In this document: positions 13,693 to 24,754 of the stretch, in pieces
Layout: each line of letters starts with the position of its first letter
Numbering within the stretch: the stretch's first letter is position 1
Assembly (NCBI GenBank): GCA_977016875.1
Contig: CDRNST010000123.1
Span: forward strand, 5,952,001 to 6,016,000
Length of the DNA stretch: 64,000 nucleotides
Direction of reading: 5' to 3'
Source: Pavona decussata
Taxonomy: Eukaryota
Made by a program: the position numbers and the translations under genes
Notes under the pieces: generated by a model
The model's input: only the letters and a program-made list of their open reading frames with translations
The model's database searches: none
Told to the model about the DNA's origin: nothing

Positions 13693-14775
13693 CATAATAT
13701 ACACTGTGTATATGATACAGGACAGCATTTCCTTAAGTTAAGCTTTTCGGAGCATCTCAGTGGCGCAGTGACAGTATGGCACCTGCTTGGTATTGTGGTA
13801 CAGAATCATCTAACATTAATTTTCTGACTTCGTAATTACCCTTATCCTTCAAAAACACGCGCAATCTGAAGTCCAAAATTCAAACAATAGCTGCATTTTA
13901 CACGGTTGCCGTCATTTGTACACTCAGCAAATCCGTTAAATAAACAAAGTGGATCGAAACCGAAAAATGACTAGCTAACTTTTTTTTACCTAAACTAGCT
14001 ACAGTGTTTCCTGTGATGACGTTCACTACGACAATGGATGGACGTGTAAAACACAACTGTCGGCTTAAGTTTTAACGTTTAAAAGTGCATTGTCCATGAC
14101 ATTAATCCCCTAAGAGTCTTTCCAAGTCCTAACAATCGAGGCACCTCTACGTGACATCCTATGCGATATAAAACTGTAGTTCTCCTAAACTTGAGTGAAC
14201 CGAGCATTTGTTCAAAAGAAGTTTTAACTGTTAAAATAATGAATTGCGAATCACAACGAAGAAATACTGGTTTGTCGTCCATTCGGCTATGATGCATTTG
14301 AACGTGGTTATCGCCAAAACAAAGTGTTTTATAGACATAGTCAGTTCAAATGAACCGATGCAAGAAGTTTTGCAAGATAAAAAGCTGCAATTTTACAATT
14401 TTAGTAACGGATGACGGATGGTGGAAAGAGCAATTAGTAGCAAAATCACATTCCCAATTAATTTCACTCTCATTGTGTCTTGATCAATATAACAAAAATA
14501 AATAAAGCAAAGGCTTTCTATTACGCCCTGAGATATCTTGACTGCGTTTGGACATTAGCAGCCACCAGAAGTCACCAGATGTCATTTGCACAGTTCAGGA
14601 CAAACGTTCGCCAAACTTCTTATTTTTCAGTCCGTTTAAGACAACCGATACAGCCAGCAAAAATGCAATATAAACTTTCTCTTTTCCTTTCTGAATAGTC
14701 TCTGAAAAGCGGCGCTACACGCCTTTTACTGGCGGTATAGAGTCATTTGTTCAAGTCCGCAATTATGTTTCAGAG

Positions 14776-17670
14776 CTACATCAACGAACAGCACTTGCAC
14801 TGAGGGGAGGAGAGTCCTTTCTTTCCCTTCTTTCCTGCTTCCTTTTCATCCGCTTTCTCTCCATCTTCGACATCCAGCAATCCTTGCTCATCTTCTGCAC
14901 GGGATAATGATTCTTTTTGATCGCTACCTTCAGCTTTCTCGGAAACTTCGACATCTCCCTCTGTAATGAGCTTTTCTTCATCGGAAACATCTTTATAAGG
15001 TTCCGACTCCAAGGGAACTGATTCCGTTCTGACTTCAGTGCTCTTGGTTGTCGAGTCCTTTGCTTGGGAAGCATCTTCAATCATGACATGTTCTTTTGAG
15101 TCTAGGAGTTCACTCTCCGATAGTGCCAAAGGTGCCGAACCATCCTTCTCTCTCTCGGGGAGTACTTCTGGATCCGACAGCCTTTTCCTAAGAACCGGGA
15201 GTAAGAGCCCGGATTCGTCACCACCGTCGTCTCTTTGGACTAGCTTGGTGTACGAAGTTGACTTGAATGATTCTTCTGTGGATGTCACTGTAACAATAGG
15301 CGTTGGATTACCGGCTGTCTCTTCAGTGCTGGTTTCAATCGTTTGCGTTATTTGTTTGGTTGTAATGGTGACTGTGGAAACTTCTTTTTCTGTTGTGACC
15401 ACTTCAATGTGTTTGGGTCTCTCTTCTTCTTTGTCATTTATTTTGTCACCGTCCTTCACAATTTCTCGACGTTCTACCTCTTCACTTACATTGTCTGGTT
15501 TGTTGTCACCTGCCACATTTGTTTGCAGTAGCTCATGACGAGTTTCGGAACGCTTTCTCACCACTGCGGGAGGAAGTGTTTCTTGCACGGTGTCCTCAAC
15601 AGCGTTGTCGCTCTGTTCGGAGTGTACTGGTAATGTGTCATCTATTACGGATTCGATGTTGACGAGCAAGGATTCGACGGTAGAGTCGTCATCTTTAGGA
15701 CCTTCTTGTTCAATTAACAGCTCAGTTTCAAGTGCAGCCGGTGTCTTCTCCACGGCCACAAGTTTACCCTCGACTTCTTCTACATTCAACAGATGTTCGT
15801 CAGTATTCGTCTGGCCTTCACCTTCGTCCTGATCAGGGAATTGTGTAATATGCTCTATATGAAGTGAGAGAGGCCCCTTGTCTATAACCACGGGCGCGTC
15901 TTCTTCAAGAGCTTCGGGTTTGTTTTCATCGACTGGTTTTGGGGCAGGCTCTTGGTGATCTATTACAGATTCAATGTTTACAAGCAAGGATTCTACTGTG
16001 GCATTTTCATCTTCTTCGGGGCTTTCCTTTTCAACCAACAACTCCGACTCAAGTGCAGCAGGTGTTTTCTCTACCACCAAATGATCGTCTTCCACGATAG
16101 TCTCCCTCTCTTCATTCACTGGCTCATCACCAACGTCTTTTTCGTCGGAATTCTTTTCATCTTTAACTCCTTCGTCCTGATCAATCGCATATTCTATGTG
16201 AAGTGAGAGAGGCCCCTTTTCTATAACCACGGGCGCGTCTTCTTCGAGAGCTTCGGGCTTGTTTTCATCGAACGGTTTTTGCGCATACTCTTGATGATCT
16301 ATTGCAGATTCAATGTTCACAAGCAAGGATTCTACAGTGGCATTATCATCTTCGCCGGGGCTTTCCTTTTCAACCAACAACTCCGACTCAAGTGCAGCAG
16401 GTGTTTTCTCTACCACCAAATGCTCGTCCTCCATGATAGCCTCCCTTTTTTCATTCACTTGCTTATCACCAACGTCGTTTCGGTCGGAATTCTTTTCATC
16501 TTTAACTCCTTCGTCCTGATCAATCGCATGCTCTATGTGAAATGAGAGAGGCCCCTTGTTAATGACCACGGGCGCGTCTTCTTCAAGAGCTTCGGGTTTG
16601 TTTTCATCGACCGGTTTTTGCGCATACTCTTGATGATCTATTGCAGATTCAATGTTGACAAGCAACGATTCTACTGTGGTATTATCATCTTCTCCGGGGC
16701 TTTCCTTTTCTACCAACAACTCCGACTCAAGTGCAGCAGGTGTTTTCTTCACCACCAAATGCTCGTCCTCCACGATAGTCTCCCTTTCTTCATTCACTTG
16801 CTCATCACCAACGTCGTTTTGGTCGGAATTCTTTTCATCTTTACCTTCTTCGTCCTGATCAATCGCATGTTCTATGTGAAATGAGAGAGGCCCCTTCTCT
16901 ATAACCACGGGAGCATCTTCTTCAAGAGCGTCGGGTTTGTTTTCATCGACTGGCTTTTGCGCATACTCTTGATGATCTATTGCAGATTCAATGTTCACAA
17001 GCAACGATTCAACTGTGGTATTATCACCTTCTCCGGGGCTTTCCTTTTCAACCAACAACTCCGACTCAAGTGCAGCCTGCGTTTTCTCTACCACCAAATG
17101 CTCGTCCTCCACGATAGTCTCCCTTTCTTCATTCACTTGCTCATCGCCAACTTCTTTTTCATCGGAATTCTTTTCATCTTTAACTCCTTCGTCCTGATCA
17201 ATCGCATGCTCTATGTTAAGTGAGAGAGGCCCCTTCTCTATAACCACGGGAGCATCTTCTTCAAGGGCTTCCTCTTTGTCATATTCTGGTTCCTCGGTGC
17301 GTTCCGATGATCTGTGCTCCATTACAGATTCGATTTTGCTGAGCAAGTTCTCTACTGTAGAATTCTCATCTTCATTGGGTTCATCGTCCTGACTTTCTTG
17401 CCCTGATGAAATTTTATTAACCACCACAAGATCGGCTTCCGTGATCGGTTCCCTCAACTGATTGTCGTTTTCTACATTAACATCATTTTCATCCGCTCCG
17501 TCGACTTGCCGAACTTCTTTCTGCTGAGAGTTAGAATTGTTGTTGACATAAACAAGAGACGTTTCTTTCTTTGTAACCTTGTGTCCTATTTGAAGAAAAA
17601 TTTGCGTGGTCTCGTGATTTTCACAACTGACTTCGCCATTTGCATTCTCTGCCACGGATTTGCCTTCCAT
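14776..17670 (-). CDS. Hyper-acidic (Glu/Asp-rich) repeat protein, ~964 aa, with C-terminal polybasic patch and CKCCSLM palmitoylation/prenylation (CaaX) motif; paralemmin-like tail
   Basis: Uninterrupted 2.9-kb ORF. First ATG at 17670 (MEGKSV) lies 40 nt after a splice acceptor at ~17710. Ends KKGKKGLSSPQCKCCSLM-stop. A candidate upstream 5' exon ends at a GTAAG donor near 19528. Confidence 0.88.
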   Translation of the reverse strand: MEGKSVAENANGEVSCENHETTQIFLQIGHKVTKKETSLVYVNNNSNSQQKEVRQVDGADENDVNVENDNQLREPITEADLVVVNKISSGQESQDDEPNEDENSTVENLLSKIESVMEHRSSERTEEPEYDKEEALEEDAPVVIEKGPLSLNIEHAIDQDEGVKDEKNSDEKEVGDEQVNEERETIVEDEHLVVEKTQAALESELLVEKESPGEGDNTTVESLLVNIESAIDHQEYAQKPVDENKPDALEEDAPVVIEKGPLSFHIEHAIDQDEEGKDEKNSDQNDVGDEQVNEERETIVEDEHLVVKKTPAALESELLVEKESPGEDDNTTVESLLVNIESAIDHQEYAQKPVDENKPEALEEDAPVVINKGPLSFHIEHAIDQDEGVKDEKNSDRNDVGDKQVNEKREAIMEDEHLVVEKTPAALESELLVEKESPGEDDNATVESLLVNIESAIDHQEYAQKPFDENKPEALEEDAPVVIEKGPLSLHIEYAIDQDEGVKDEKNSDEKDVGDEPVNEERETIVEDDHLVVEKTPAALESELLVEKESPEEDENATVESLLVNIESVIDHQEPAPKPVDENKPEALEEDAPVVIDKGPLSLHIEHITQFPDQDEGEGQTNTDEHLLNVEEVEGKLVAVEKTPAALETELLIEQEGPKDDDSTVESLLVNIESVIDDTLPVHSEQSDNAVEDTVQETLPPAVVRKRSETRHELLQTNVAGDNKPDNVSEEVERREIVKDGDKINDKEEERPKHIEVVTTEKEVSTVTITTKQITQTIETSTEETAGNPTPIVTVTSTEESFKSTSYTKLVQRDDGGDESGLLLPVLRKRLSDPEVLPEREKDGSAPLALSESELLDSKEHVMIEDASQAKDSTTKSTEVRTESVPLESEPYKDVSDEEKLITEGDVEVSEKAEGSDQKESLSRAEDEQGLLDVEDGEKADEKEAGKKGKKGLSSPQCKCCSLM
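15640..17360 (-). repeat. 339-bp (113-aa) coding tandem repeat, ~5 units
   Basis: TVESLLVNIES..DHQ...EALEEDAPVVI.KGPLS.HIEH...LVVEKTPAALESELLVEKE recurs with a 339-nt period; antisense ORFs start at 16279, 16618 and 16957. Confidence 0.97.
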
Positions 17671-20149
17671 TGTTCTGTTGCTACCTTCCTCTCCCAATGA
17701 TTGGTCTAGTCTGTTTGTTAAAAAAAGTTCAGAATACAATTACTTGCTATTGACCTTTTTTCGCTTGTAAAATAATGATAAATTTAAAAACTAAAAAAAA
17801 AAACCTTTAAAAGTGCTCTTAAAAAGAAAGCACCTAATATGTTCGAATCACCTGGAAGAAAAGGTTTTTCAAATAAATTAAGGTGGCTCACAACGGTTTC
17901 CAACAGATCCCTTCCGTTGTAATTTGATCGATCATTGCAGAAGTAGAGGGAGGACTGGGGACAAGAAGCTCCTGCCGTAATTATGACCCCCGTTCGATCG
18001 ATTTCTGCATTCTGGTTGGTTAATTTTGAGAATATGTCTCTTGAGGATTGAAGCAATTTCTCACGATCGGAACCAAAACTCCCTTTGCAATTTTTAGAAA
18101 GTTCCCGACAGCCTGCCGAGTTTAAAAGCTTAAAAAATACAATTTTCTCAACAGAAATTCAATTTTTATTGATCTGAAATTTTTAAAAATCACCACCTAT
18201 TGATATAATACGGACTTTCGGGAACGGGTCCACCATTCTACGAAGTGTTCGATTGTGTTCCACCATAGCAAATAATCTAACATTTAATAAACAATTAGAT
18301 GCGGAAATAACGTACAAGTGTAAAGAATCAAACGGCTATTAAAATGGCTTGTAGCGTGACGGAAATAATCTTTATCCAACATGTAAAACTGATATTGTTA
18401 TAATAATAGAAAAAAAAAACATCAACAACTCGTCTGGTCTCATTCGCATTTGAGATTTGCATGTAAATTATTTCCCTTGTGTTTTGCGTTCTGTAATTAG
18501 AAAAGAGTTCAATTCTAATATACAAATGGTAACATTCTGGTTTGCGTGTTAAAGCGATTACTCATAAAAGGAAACTTTAGTCTGACTGGGCACTATTAAA
18601 GTGCTTTTTCAGGTTCCTGGTTGCGTAATCAAACCAATTAACAATCTATCAACACAAACAGCTATCCGGCCACATGCCATAGGGAAAAAAAGGCATTAAA
18701 AAATGGACTACGGGGATGATTGATATGACGGAGCGAGGAATGAAATGGGAGACCATCAAAATGCTTTTAAGAAATATTTGCTTGAGAAGTTTTAGTAAAA
18801 TTTCCGCGCGAGCTATATCTTAAAGTGACAATGTCAGGAAGCTGAGAAATGTCAGGCATATCATTCGCCGCAGGAAACCAGCGTGATATAAAAGGTCGTT
18901 GAATATTTCGAATTGTAAATAAGCAAATGCAGGATTGTTTTCAAAACAATAATAATTCTTTGTGGTGTCTTCGTAAAATCTTCACTTCAAATCGGCGTAA
19001 TTTGTTTCTCTGTTTATATATCCATACAGAACAAATTTAGTGGAATGGAATATTGTGCGTGTTTGAATATTCCCGAAGCCTGTTTCGATCTGATATGGAA
19101 GAGCGGCAATATTTCTTCAACCACGAAGATATTAATAACGCACATGTATTTTTTTGAAATGAAATTTTAGTTTCGATTAAAATCCCTTATATGAAATAAG
19201 TTCAAAATTTCACATCAAGCCTGTGAAAACCAATTAAAGCTAGCAAAAAAATCCAGTTGCAGATTTAAATACCAACCAGGCATTGTTCTAGAATGAGCCA
19301 GATCGAATTTGAATGAACACACAAAACCTCTTGAAGAAATTCTCAATACAAGAATGATGCCTCTGGTTAATTGCACACATCTGTTGCTGTCAACGGAACC
19401 GGCGATAAAAACACAACTTTCCGCTTGTAGCTTTCAAAAAAAGCACAGAATCGCAAAAGGCTGCCGTATTTATCGATCTACTAACACACCCTACGTATGC
19501 CGTAAATGGAGATAGGGCACAGCTTACCAGACGATGTCTCCGTATTCAAAACAAAGGAAGTTATGTAGTTCACACACAATGAGGAACATACGCGGTAGAA
19601 GTCTGGTGTATCCGTCTGCACACGAATACTTTTCCGTTGTTGATTTCGGGAATTTTATAAGCACTCACCTTTACACCTTTGAGGAAAGACTATGAACCTG
19701 ATCACGAATGAAAGATGCTTGCCGCAGTGTGAGACGCTCGCGGTCCAATCTGACAGCGATCGACTCGCCGCAAAAACTGAAATATGATGATGATGGATGA
19801 CAGATATTAAATTATAGGTTATTCAAATTGGCAGCTCAGTCTCTGGCTAACTGAAACCTGTCGTCCTAATTTCCCACAACTATAAATTCGCCAGCTTGCC
19901 CAACAGTGTAAAATATCCTGTTTCCGTCTTTACTTAATTCTCGTCATATTTTGAAAATTTCCCTCCATAATCCTATCATGTCGAGGGCTCCGGCAGGATT
20001 GACCTCAGAATTATTGCGGCACGAACAATTCAATGTTCTCGCGTGTGTTCTCGCGTACTAAGCATCACTCGCATGATCGCGCTTGGAAATTTCAAAGATC
20101 TCAAAAAGGCTCAGAAAAATAAAAAAATTACCTTTCGTATTGTATTTTG

Positions 20150-20562
20150 CACTCTTTTTTATAAGAATTTATTTCATTTTAGAATATCGAGGCTGAAATC
20201 TCCTAAATTTTAAGAATATACCTGAGGCTGATATTTTGAAAAGAATATAATTTTTTATGTTGAAAATTTGTAAATACAATACAAATTTTATGTTTTTAAC
20301 CGTATAAAATTCTTCCTTTCTCTTAACGGCAAAACTAGCCAAAGAACGAGAAAAACCTGCACTAGCCAAATATTCGAAGCTAATGACAGATCTGGACACC
20401 AAACATGAAAATACTTGGATACCTCCTGATACATTCTAAAACGGAAATGTCATACGCTATAATCAGAATATTCAAAAGAATATTTTTAGCCTGACATCGG
20501 CAGAAAAAATGAGAATATTCAGCCTGGGCCTGAAAAAATATTCTTATATATAAAAAAGAGTG
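20150..20562. mobile_element. MITE with CACTCTTTTTT..ATAAGAAT TIRs (Tc1/mariner-like non-autonomous)
   Basis: Matching TIRs at both ends, TA on the right flank, and a related copy at 41613-41950. Confidence 0.75.
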
Positions 20563-21515
20563 TATTGATAATGGCGCGGCTAACTCGATTAGAACACACG
20601 TGCGAGAACAGAACATTGTACTGTCCGTGCACGTAATAATTCTGCGGTAAATCCTACTTGAACTCATGAAAAGTTCATGGCTGTCATGGGTAATACGATT
20701 ATTGGATTGGAACCGATCTAAAATATTAAGTAAAGATGGAAACACGATATGTTGCACTGCCGAGCGAGCTGGTGAATTTATAGCTTGTGGGAAAAGGACG
20801 AATGAGGTTGACCATTTTCAGCTGAAACTGTGATAGTTTTTTCTTTAGCCCACGCGTGACTCGCACTTCGAGATCGCACCTGTTCTGCATATGTCAGAGA
20901 AGGCTCAGTGAAAACCAAACAACTGGCAGCCAAACAAAAACATGTCCTTCACCCTTTAAAGTTACAAGGAAAAATTCAAGGAGACCAGATAAGAAGATCG
21001 TCCATCCTATCTCCGTTTGTCAACTTGAAGTTGTGTTTTCAAGAGTTCACGTTTCGTCGAAAACGGAACAAAATTTCTGGGTCAACACAACACTATCATT
21101 TTCAGTTCGTTCGACCGGTTCATACGAAAACGAAAACAAACAATACTTGTTTATAGTGATAACCGGGAAACACATGGCAGTCAAACAGCTGCATATCCAT
21201 GTAGCAGGCGTGTTTTGGTGCCGTTACGGTCATTAGCGAGCGCTCTCCTCGCGTGTCGCGCTCTCACCCTTGAAACGCACAAATATTGCTTAATAGTGAC
21301 ATCTCGTTAATTACGGACAGTTTTCTTTGTCCCGCCCCATACATTTTCCAGAATTTTTTATTTACTTATTTATTTTTGATCAAATCTTCATGTTGTTTTC
21401 GTATGAAAAACGAAAAAAATTCGGATATAAATTTTTCTTCCCCAGTGTTTGAGGCGTCCAGAAGTGTCAAATTTCACTTCCGGTTTGGTACAATACCGCG
21501 CAAGACGGGAGATTG

Positions 21516-21723
21516 GGGATAGTAGGGCTGTAACGTCAGTCAATACAGGAACGCTAGTCTCGCGATTTCTCTATTCCTGAGTTGTTTTTCGTGTGCAGAG
21601 GAAGAAAGCTGTGTGTAGGAAATATGAATGGGATTGTTGAATACTCAGAATGAAACAACTGAGGAATAGAGAAACCGCGAGACTAAGCGTTCCTGTCAGT
21701 TGACGTCACAGCCCCACTATCCC
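21516..21723. mobile_element. Long inverted-repeat (foldback) element
   Basis: GGGATAGTAGGGCTGTAACGTCA...CAGGAACGCTAGTCTCGCGATTTCTCTATTCCT pairs with AGGAATAGAGAAACCGCGAGACTAAGCGTTCCTG...TGACGTCACAGCCCCACTATCCC. Confidence 0.8.
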
Positions 21724-22298
21724 TAGTCCTGCCCTTCCAATTTACGAGGGAAAAGCCCTGGGAACGAGGTTAGACTTTGACTGTATTGCACATTTTTATA
21801 TCTTTTCCATATTTATGCTATTTAATAACAGTTTACCGCAAACGTCTTCAAAAATATATTTCGCTTAACCTGTTTTGTTCCCCTCCAGGTAGGAGGCTCT
21901 CATGTAAGAGCTACAGGTGTGCTCACTGTTCTTCTTAGGTGTGAAAATGAATACGAGACACGTCCACAAAATGAGCCCACAACTGTCACTCAACCATGAC
22001 ATGTGAACCTTTAGCTCCCGATATCAACCTGCAAATTCTCCTCACTGTTGACTCTATATTTCTAATGATACAAGTTAGGAGAATTTGTTTTGAAATCCAG
22101 GCATTCATCTTTGGTGGTCATTTTCTCATGACGAAAAGTTTCACGTTTGTCACTATATATTGGGGCTTAACAAGATAATAGCATAATTTTCAACCAAAAT
22201 ACGACAAAAACGTCCTTTATGTACAGTAATTTTATTGCACTCTGAATGCACTTCTGACAGTTGTTTTTCATTTTCTCAAAAGTGCAACTAAAAAAACA

Positions 22299-22842
22299 CA
22301 AATTAGAATATAAATAAATCCAATTCACATTATAGAATTATTAAATATTAATTCTACAGTGCCAAGAAATAACCCTCTTGATTTCCACTGTGAGCAAGTT
22401 CATATCTATTTGCTACATTGGTACACTGGCTAATTAAATATCAGAATATTACTTTAAAAAATCATGGTTTCCATACAAAAGGGCAGGAGCCTATCGCCTC
22501 CTCCTAAACAAGACAATCTCATGCCAAATAAAAAATCCTAAACACCATATGCTCAGACCATGAAGTACCAAATTAGAATATAAATAAATCCAATTCACGA
22601 TAAAGAATTATTGAATATTAATTTTACAGTACCAAGAAATAACCCTCTTGATTTCCATTATGAGCAAGTTCGTATCTATCTGTTACATTGGTACACTGGC
22701 CAATTAAATATCAGAATATTACATAAAAAAATCATGGTTTCCATACAAAAGGGGACAAGAAACTCCCGCCTCCTCCTAAACAAGACAATCTCATGCCAAA
22801 TAAAAAATCCTAAACACCACATGCTTAGACCATGAAGTACCA
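22299..22842 (+). repeat. ~270-bp near-perfect tandem duplication
   Basis: CAAATTAGAATATAAATAAATCC...CATGAAGTAC starts at both 22299 and 22569. Confidence 0.95.
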
Positions 22843-23558
22843 GCTAAAATATATGCAGTGAATGTAACCCTTAAACAGGAAGTTCCAGTATAAAAAGGGC
22901 CTGGCCAGGCCATTCCCACCTTCAGTTGTCAATCAACCATCAGAGCATAAACAACTGACAAACAACATGTGTCAACATTAGGCTTTTACCAATAAAACTG
23001 GCATAGTTTTTAGAATAACCCTTGTTAAACAAATAAGAACTTGACATCTTATACTGCTGTGGTGATATTATGAAATGTTGAGGTATATTTTTCAGAGGAC
23101 ATGTGAGTCAACAACTTGCCATGACTGAACAGCACCTAAATTTGCATCTCACACCGACAAAGGTGTGAGACGAAGGAGGGGCTTGCCCTTTTATAGTGCA
23201 ACTTCTTGTTTAAAATATTATTCTAATTTCTGCAGAATGAAATAATTTTAATCTGCCACCTTGTGGCTCAATTAGCGGTGAATCTGATTTAAGTCTAACA
23301 CTAAGGCATTGATCAAGCAACCCAATGATGGGCTAAACGTTTAGGTAAACTGGCTATGCCAGGGTGTTCTAAGTTTTGAGAACCTCCAATTATATAAAAT
23401 AAATTACAAAAATAATCAAACCAAACCTAAAACACACCAATTTAACACCTGTGTTGGTCGAGGGTGACATTTTGCCCTTGTCACCTTTACAAAACAAGAG
23501 TCCTACCAAAAGTTTGCTTTATATACATGTATGATTAAAATCATTCCTAGCCTCTATT

Positions 23559-23947
23559 CAGGGGCACCCAACAGATCGTTTCAGTAAATTATCTGTTCGG
23601 AAGGCCCTTAATCCCCTGCAATTTTCTAAAGGGAATTTTCACCTCGAACGTTCGTGATATGGGAAATTTAAGACCTTGTGTTTTCGGATTGATAAAAATG
23701 TGGTTTCGGGTACCGAAGAAAGGTCAGCTAAGATTTTCGAAAAGGAAATAAGACCTAAGGTTTTCGGGAAATGGACAAAAATGCCCTAGTAATTTCAAAA
23801 AGACTCAAGTTGCCCTAGAATGACCGAACAGATAAAAATATTATAGTGGCGCCTGAAATGAACCTGGAGAGCTTTAAAGGCACTCCAGATAGCCTAAAAT
23901 ATTGTGTTTCAAAGGATTTGAGAGAAGTCGGTGGTTGGGTGCCCCTG
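23559..23947. mobile_element. MITE with 14-bp TIR CAGGGGCACCCAAC
   Basis: Perfect TIR; TCTATT is directly repeated on both flanks. Confidence 0.85.
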
Positions 23948-24070
23948 TCTATTGACTTCTATTAGTATGCAACTGTCTGTAGAAACCTCAAGCATAATAT
24001 GTAGTCTATTGTTAACAAATGAATGGCCTGGTGGAAAAGGGGTACGTGATGATCGATTTGGCCTTTAGAA

Positions 24071-24221
24071 TTAGACTGCGAGTAGTCCTACTTTTTACCT
24101 CAGATGATGTGCGCAAAGCGCCGATAAAATTATGCAAATTAGAAAAGTGCCGCTCGCCACTTGCTAGAAATCACGCGTTCGCAACAGAACTTAGGGAAAG
24201 AAAGAGACTACTCGCAGTCTA
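24071..24221. mobile_element. Short MITE
   Basis: TIR TAGACTGCGAGTAGTC / GACTACTCGCAGTCTA. Confidence 0.75.
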
Positions 24222-24754
24222 CTTTAGAATGGAACTTTTACATATTAGAACATAGCTCGGTATTAAGTTTACAACCAATTAATTGACATGCATCGTTTCT
24301 CATACTGCTACCCTGATCTCAGTTATAACTAAAATCTCTTCTTATCACAAATTGACAGCAGCTATTTCCCTTGAATGCTACAGGACTGCAATTTATTGAT
24401 TTTAAAGGGTGTGGGATGACATCCACCTCTCACAGATGCATGGTCAAGAAATTTCCAATTTCCTCCTCCAAGCAACCAGACCATCAAACTCATTTCTACT
24501 CTCTGGTGTGAAAAGTCTTGCCTCTTGAGGTGAGAAAGGACTAATAACAAGATTGATGGGTCTGATGACTGATGAAAACCATCACCATGCCAACTAGCAT
24601 GTCATTAAAGCAGAATTGAACTGCTAAGGAATAGGTGGAGATAAGTGCCAAAAGTGTGGCATGGGTAAAAGTATGTAATTTATTTAATGTCAATCATATG
24701 GGGAGTGCTTGTGCAATCGTCGACCCTGAGGCAAGGAACTCGATTCTAATCATA

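Noticed and set aside
15038-17223. Repeated plus-strand ORFs (88 aa, 68 aa, etc.)
   Set aside because: Antisense shadows of the 339-bp coding repeat.
15640-17360. CRISPR-like or non-coding repeat array
   Set aside because: Eukaryotic context; the units are whole in-frame coding repeats with no unique spacers and no cas genes.
19529-19590. Upstream coding exon (MFLIVCEL...) for the acidic protein
   Set aside because: Direct splicing to the 17710 acceptor creates TG|A, a stop, so it is more likely 5' UTR or a uORF.
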